DNA of 64,000 nucleotides from Candidatus Cloacimonadales bacterium (GTDB lineage: Bacteria > Cloacimonadota > Cloacimonadia > Cloacimonadales > JAIOQZ01). The position numbers and the translations under genes are program-made. The stretch is taken from the NCBI GenBank assembly GCA_963665815.1, contig OY762463.1:3360001-3424000 (forward strand), given 5' to 3'. The notes under the pieces are model-generated. The model saw nothing but the letters and a program-made list of their open reading frames with translations, searched no databases and was not told the DNA's origin. Below, piece after piece: positions 61,248 through 64,000 of this stretch (the stretch's first letter is position 1; every line of letters starts with the position of its first letter).

Positions 61248-62000
61248 ATGGAAGTTATTGCAACAAGACCAAAATCGTTAACAGATTTACAATTTACATA
61301 TTGCCCGGGATGTACTCACGGGATCGCACATAGATTAATCGCAGAATGTATGGATGAACTTGGAATGCAGAATAACATGATGGGTGTTGCTCCTGTCGGA
61401 TGTTCTGTGTTTGCTTATAAATTCTTTGATTGCGATATGGCGGAAGCTGCTCACGGTAGAGCTCCTGCTGTCGCAACAGGTATGAAAAGAGCAAGACCTG
61501 ATATGCATGTATTCACTTATCAGGGAGATGGTGACCTTGCAGCTATCGGTACTGCAGAAATCGTTCACGCAGCAAACAGAGGTGAAAACATTTCTGTATT
61601 TTTCGTTAACAATGCTATATACGGAATGACAGGTGGACAAATGGCTCCAACAACACTTTCGGGCATGAAAACATCTACATCACCTTATGGTAGAGATACA
61701 GACGATATCGGACACCCTGTACTTGTTAGTGAACTGATTAATTCTTTAACAGCTCCTTACTTCATTGAACGAGTATCACTTCTTTCAGCTCCTGATATAA
61801 TGAAAGCTAAAAAAGCTGTGAAGAAAGCTCTTCAGTATAATAAAGAAGGCAGAGGATTTACACTTGTAGAGTTCATCTCAACTTGTCCTACTAACTGGGG
61901 AACAGATGCTGTTGAAGCAATTAAATGGGCAAAAGAAAACATGTTACCTGTATTCAAACTTGGTAACTACAGAGATAAAGGCGTAGAAGGGGGAGAATAA
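61248..62000 (+). CDS. 2-oxoacid:ferredoxin oxidoreductase beta (TPP-binding) subunit
   Basis: YCPGC.HG, HGRAPA, YQGDGDLA, NNAIYGMTGGQ, CPTNW. Confidence 0.92.
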   Translation: MEVIATRPKSLTDLQFTYCPGCTHGIAHRLIAECMDELGMQNNMMGVAPVGCSVFAYKFFDCDMAEAAHGRAPAVATGMKRARPDMHVFTYQGDGDLAAIGTAEIVHAANRGENISVFFVNNAIYGMTGGQMAPTTLSGMKTSTSPYGRDTDDIGHPVLVSELINSLTAPYFIERVSLLSAPDIMKAKKAVKKALQYNKEGRGFTLVEFISTCPTNWGTDAVEAIKWAKENMLPVFKLGNYRDKGVEGGE

Positions 62001-62542
62001 TGAAAACTGAAATGATATGCTCAGGTTTTGGTGGACAAGGTGCTCTCACAATAGGTAAATTCCTGGCGAAAGCCGGAATGCAGGAAGGAAAAAACGTTTC
62101 ATGGCTTCCATCTTACGGACCTGAAATGCGCGGTGGTACAGCTAACGTTGCTACAGTTATCTCAGATAAACCGGTAGCTTCTCCGCTCGTATCTTTCCCG
62201 GATATCCTTATTGCTCTTAATCAACCATCTCTGGACAAATTCGGTCCGGACGTAAAAGCCGGTGGATTAATTATTGCAAACTCTGATATGTGCCCTAACA
62301 AACTTGATAGAGATGACGTTGACGTTGTATATGCTCCAATGTCTACTTTCGCTATTGAAGCAGGATCACTTAAAGTGCTCAATGTTGTTTCAATCGGTGT
62401 ACTTCTTGGTAAAAAAGAACTGGTGAATATTCAGACAATTAAGGATGATCTCACATCATTCCTTAAAGCAAAGAAACCTGAACTTCTTGATGCTAACCTT
62501 AAAGCTCTTGATTCAGGATATGAATTTGCAAAGAATAACTAA
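62000..62542 (+). CDS. 2-oxoacid:ferredoxin oxidoreductase gamma subunit
   Basis: GFGGQG, PSYGPEMRGGTA. Confidence 0.92.
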   Translation: MKTEMICSGFGGQGALTIGKFLAKAGMQEGKNVSWLPSYGPEMRGGTANVATVISDKPVASPLVSFPDILIALNQPSLDKFGPDVKAGGLIIANSDMCPNKLDRDDVDVVYAPMSTFAIEAGSLKVLNVVSIGVLLGKKELVNIQTIKDDLTSFLKAKKPELLDANLKALDSGYEFAKNN

Positions 62543-62565
62543 TCAGTATGATTAAATAAACTTAC

Positions 62566-62596
62566 GAGCTGCTTGTTATCAGGCAGCTCTTTTTTG
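62566..62596 (+). terminator. Terminator of the vor operon
   Basis: GAGCTGCTTG/CAGGCAGCTC stem followed by a T-run. Confidence 0.8.
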
Positions 62597-62599
62597 TGT

Positions 62600-62631
62600 A
62601 AAAAAAAAAGGCTGTGGAGTATCCACAGCCT
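62600..62631 (-). terminator. Terminator of rnhB
   Basis: AGGCTGTGGA/TCCACAGCCT stem with a T-run on the minus strand. Confidence 0.8.
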
Positions 62632-62658
62632 GAAAGTGTATACAATAACTCAGGAATA

Positions 62659-63270
62659 TTATTCAAAATCTATTCTAACTTCCTGACAAGGTTTATATGA
62701 TTTACGGTGATGTTCTGTTAACCCGTACTTTGCAATTGCCCTAAGGTGTTCAGGAGTAGGATATCCTTTATTCTGGGCAAAATTGTACTGAGGATGCTTT
62801 TCATGAAGTTTGATCATGATTCTGTCTCTGGTTACTTTTGCCAGAACAGATGCAGCGGCGATAGAGGCATAAGTACTGTCTCCGCGTACAATAGCTCGTG
62901 GAGTGATCAGCATATCGTCCGGGATTCTGTTTCCGTCTATAAGCACTACATCCGGTTTAGTCCCCAGATTTTCCACAGCTTTTTTCATTCCGTTCAGAGT
63001 AGCCTGAAGGATGTTAACTTCATCAATAACTTCCGGTGGAACTGCCAGGATTTCCCAAGCAATAGCTTCTTCTTTTATTGTATCGTACAGGATGTTTCTT
63101 TTAGCTTCAGTGAGCTTTTTTGAGTCATCGAGTTCGTGGATAAATGCGTTTTCTCCAAGGATAACAGCGGCAACTACAAGCGGCCCTGCGAGAGGACCTC
63201 GCCCTGCTTCGTCAACACCGGCAACGTAATGATATGTACGATACAGTTCTGCTTCGTTTTGAAATATCAT
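62659..63270 (-). CDS. rnhB: Ribonuclease HII
   Basis: AGVDEAGRGPLAGP, DDSKKL, IDGN, SIAAASVLAKVTRD, NKGYPT. True start MIFQNE after AAGGAG. Confidence 0.95.
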   Translation of the reverse strand: MIFQNEAELYRTYHYVAGVDEAGRGPLAGPLVVAAVILGENAFIHELDDSKKLTEAKRNILYDTIKEEAIAWEILAVPPEVIDEVNILQATLNGMKKAVENLGTKPDVVLIDGNRIPDDMLITPRAIVRGDSTYASIAAASVLAKVTRDRIMIKLHEKHPQYNFAQNKGYPTPEHLRAIAKYGLTEHHRKSYKPCQEVRIDFE

Positions 63271-63541
63271 TGATACTCCTTTATAGTCTTTTATATGTAA
63301 TTTAATGTAATAAAACCTCTGATACAACCAGAGATTCGATAAATTTGTTAAAAATCGTGTGAATCTAAGGCTGCAACAATATAAAAGAAACCTATAAGAG
63401 ATAAATGTCAAGAAGTTTAAGCATATTCGAATATTTTTTTGATATTTTCCCATTTTCGCTTTCTTTTGGCAAGTTGAATTTGTGCACAGTCCTTGATAAA
63501 TCCTTGACACAAAAACGGGTTTTTCGAGTATATGAAACAGT

Positions 63542-63618
63542 GCCCCCGTAGCTCAGCTGGATAGAGCAGTTCCCTCCTAAGGAAAAGGTCGTGCGTTCGA
63601 ATCGCGCCGGGGGTGCCA
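63542..63618 (+). tRNA. tRNA-Arg (anticodon CCT)
   Basis: GCCCCCG acceptor, GCTC/GAGC D-arm, loop CT-CCT-AA, GTTCGAATC T-loop, encoded CCA, upstream TTGACA at 63504. Confidence 0.95.
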
Positions 63619-63674
63619 TTTAACTACTATCAAAATATTCTGTAGTTTATAACCCATGAAGGCCTTTTCCTTTC

Positions 63675-63718
63675 AAAGGTCGTGTGTTTCCCGATCCATC
63701 GGGACGCCGGGGGGGCCA
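63675..63718 (+). repeat. Degenerate duplicate of the tRNA-Arg 3' half with an inserted palindrome
   Basis: AAAGGTCGTG.GTT...CGCCGGGGG.GCCA matches the tRNA 3' half. The T-loop region is replaced by TCCCGAT-CC-ATCGGGA. Confidence 0.75.
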
Positions 63719-64000
63719 TACAAAACTATTACTAATTCTATACATTATAGCATTTCACTATCATTTTATTTTTGTTCAGTGATGAAGAACTTCCATGTTT
63801 TAAGATAACCTTAGTATGTAGTATTTTTGTTGCTATTCACTTATATTATATCATGTATTAATTAAAAAAATCTTACTTAAGTATCGAGAAAAACTCTTTT
63901 GCTGAAAAAAAAATTGACAAAGAAACTCCTAACTGCTTTTTTTAAAGTTACATAGAGATTATTTAGTTAATCAAACACTGATTTTAAATATTAGAGGGAG

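Noticed and set aside
277-63229. Many 60-160 aa alternative-frame and antisense ORFs
   Set aside because: They are shadows of well-supported genes, with no motifs of their own.
63271-63619. ORF 63392..63619 and the long N-terminal extension of rnhB
   Set aside because: These are antisense to the tRNA and its promoter. rnhB has a good RBS at the ATG at 63270.
63620-64000. Prophage or integrative element at tRNA-Arg
   Set aside because: No integrase or phage gene in the window, only the short duplicate.

Overview
AT-rich bacterial chromosomal window. The host is probably an anaerobe of Cloacimonadota or the wider FCB group; this is inferred from two secreted proteins with the 'YPNPFNP...IYNIKGQ' FlgD-Ig/T9SS-like C-terminal domain, a B12-dependent nrdJ and a vor-type 2-oxoacid:ferredoxin oxidoreductase operon. 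Housekeeping genes (purN, aspS, nrdJ, lon, purA, lepA, rnhB, tRNA-Arg(CCT)) alternate with accessory genes. The strongest candidate for an undescribed system is the operon at about 40352-44394. It encodes a tetraether-synthase (Tes/MJ0619)-like radical SAM enzyme, an ICMT-family methyltransferase, a DUF4395-like protein and a divergent Lgt paralog, followed by three small paralogous 3-TM proteins that each end in a signal-peptide-like helix with a C-terminal G-[A/S]-C lipobox. This could be a dedicated protein or peptide lipidation and lipid-tailoring pathway. Other highlights: an MrfA-type DUF1998 helicase with an inserted HNH nuclease beside MrfB; an orphan Rhs toxin/immunity pair with an in-frame palindromic DNA insertion; two copies of a small MITE (one with a perfect 5-bp target duplication); a hairpin-rich 440-bp intergenic element; phased operator arrays near the Fic and AAA genes; a duplicated helicase 5' end; a degenerate tRNA 3' copy; and an amber-interrupted FG-GAP protein. 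All family calls come from motif recognition by eye; no searches were run.
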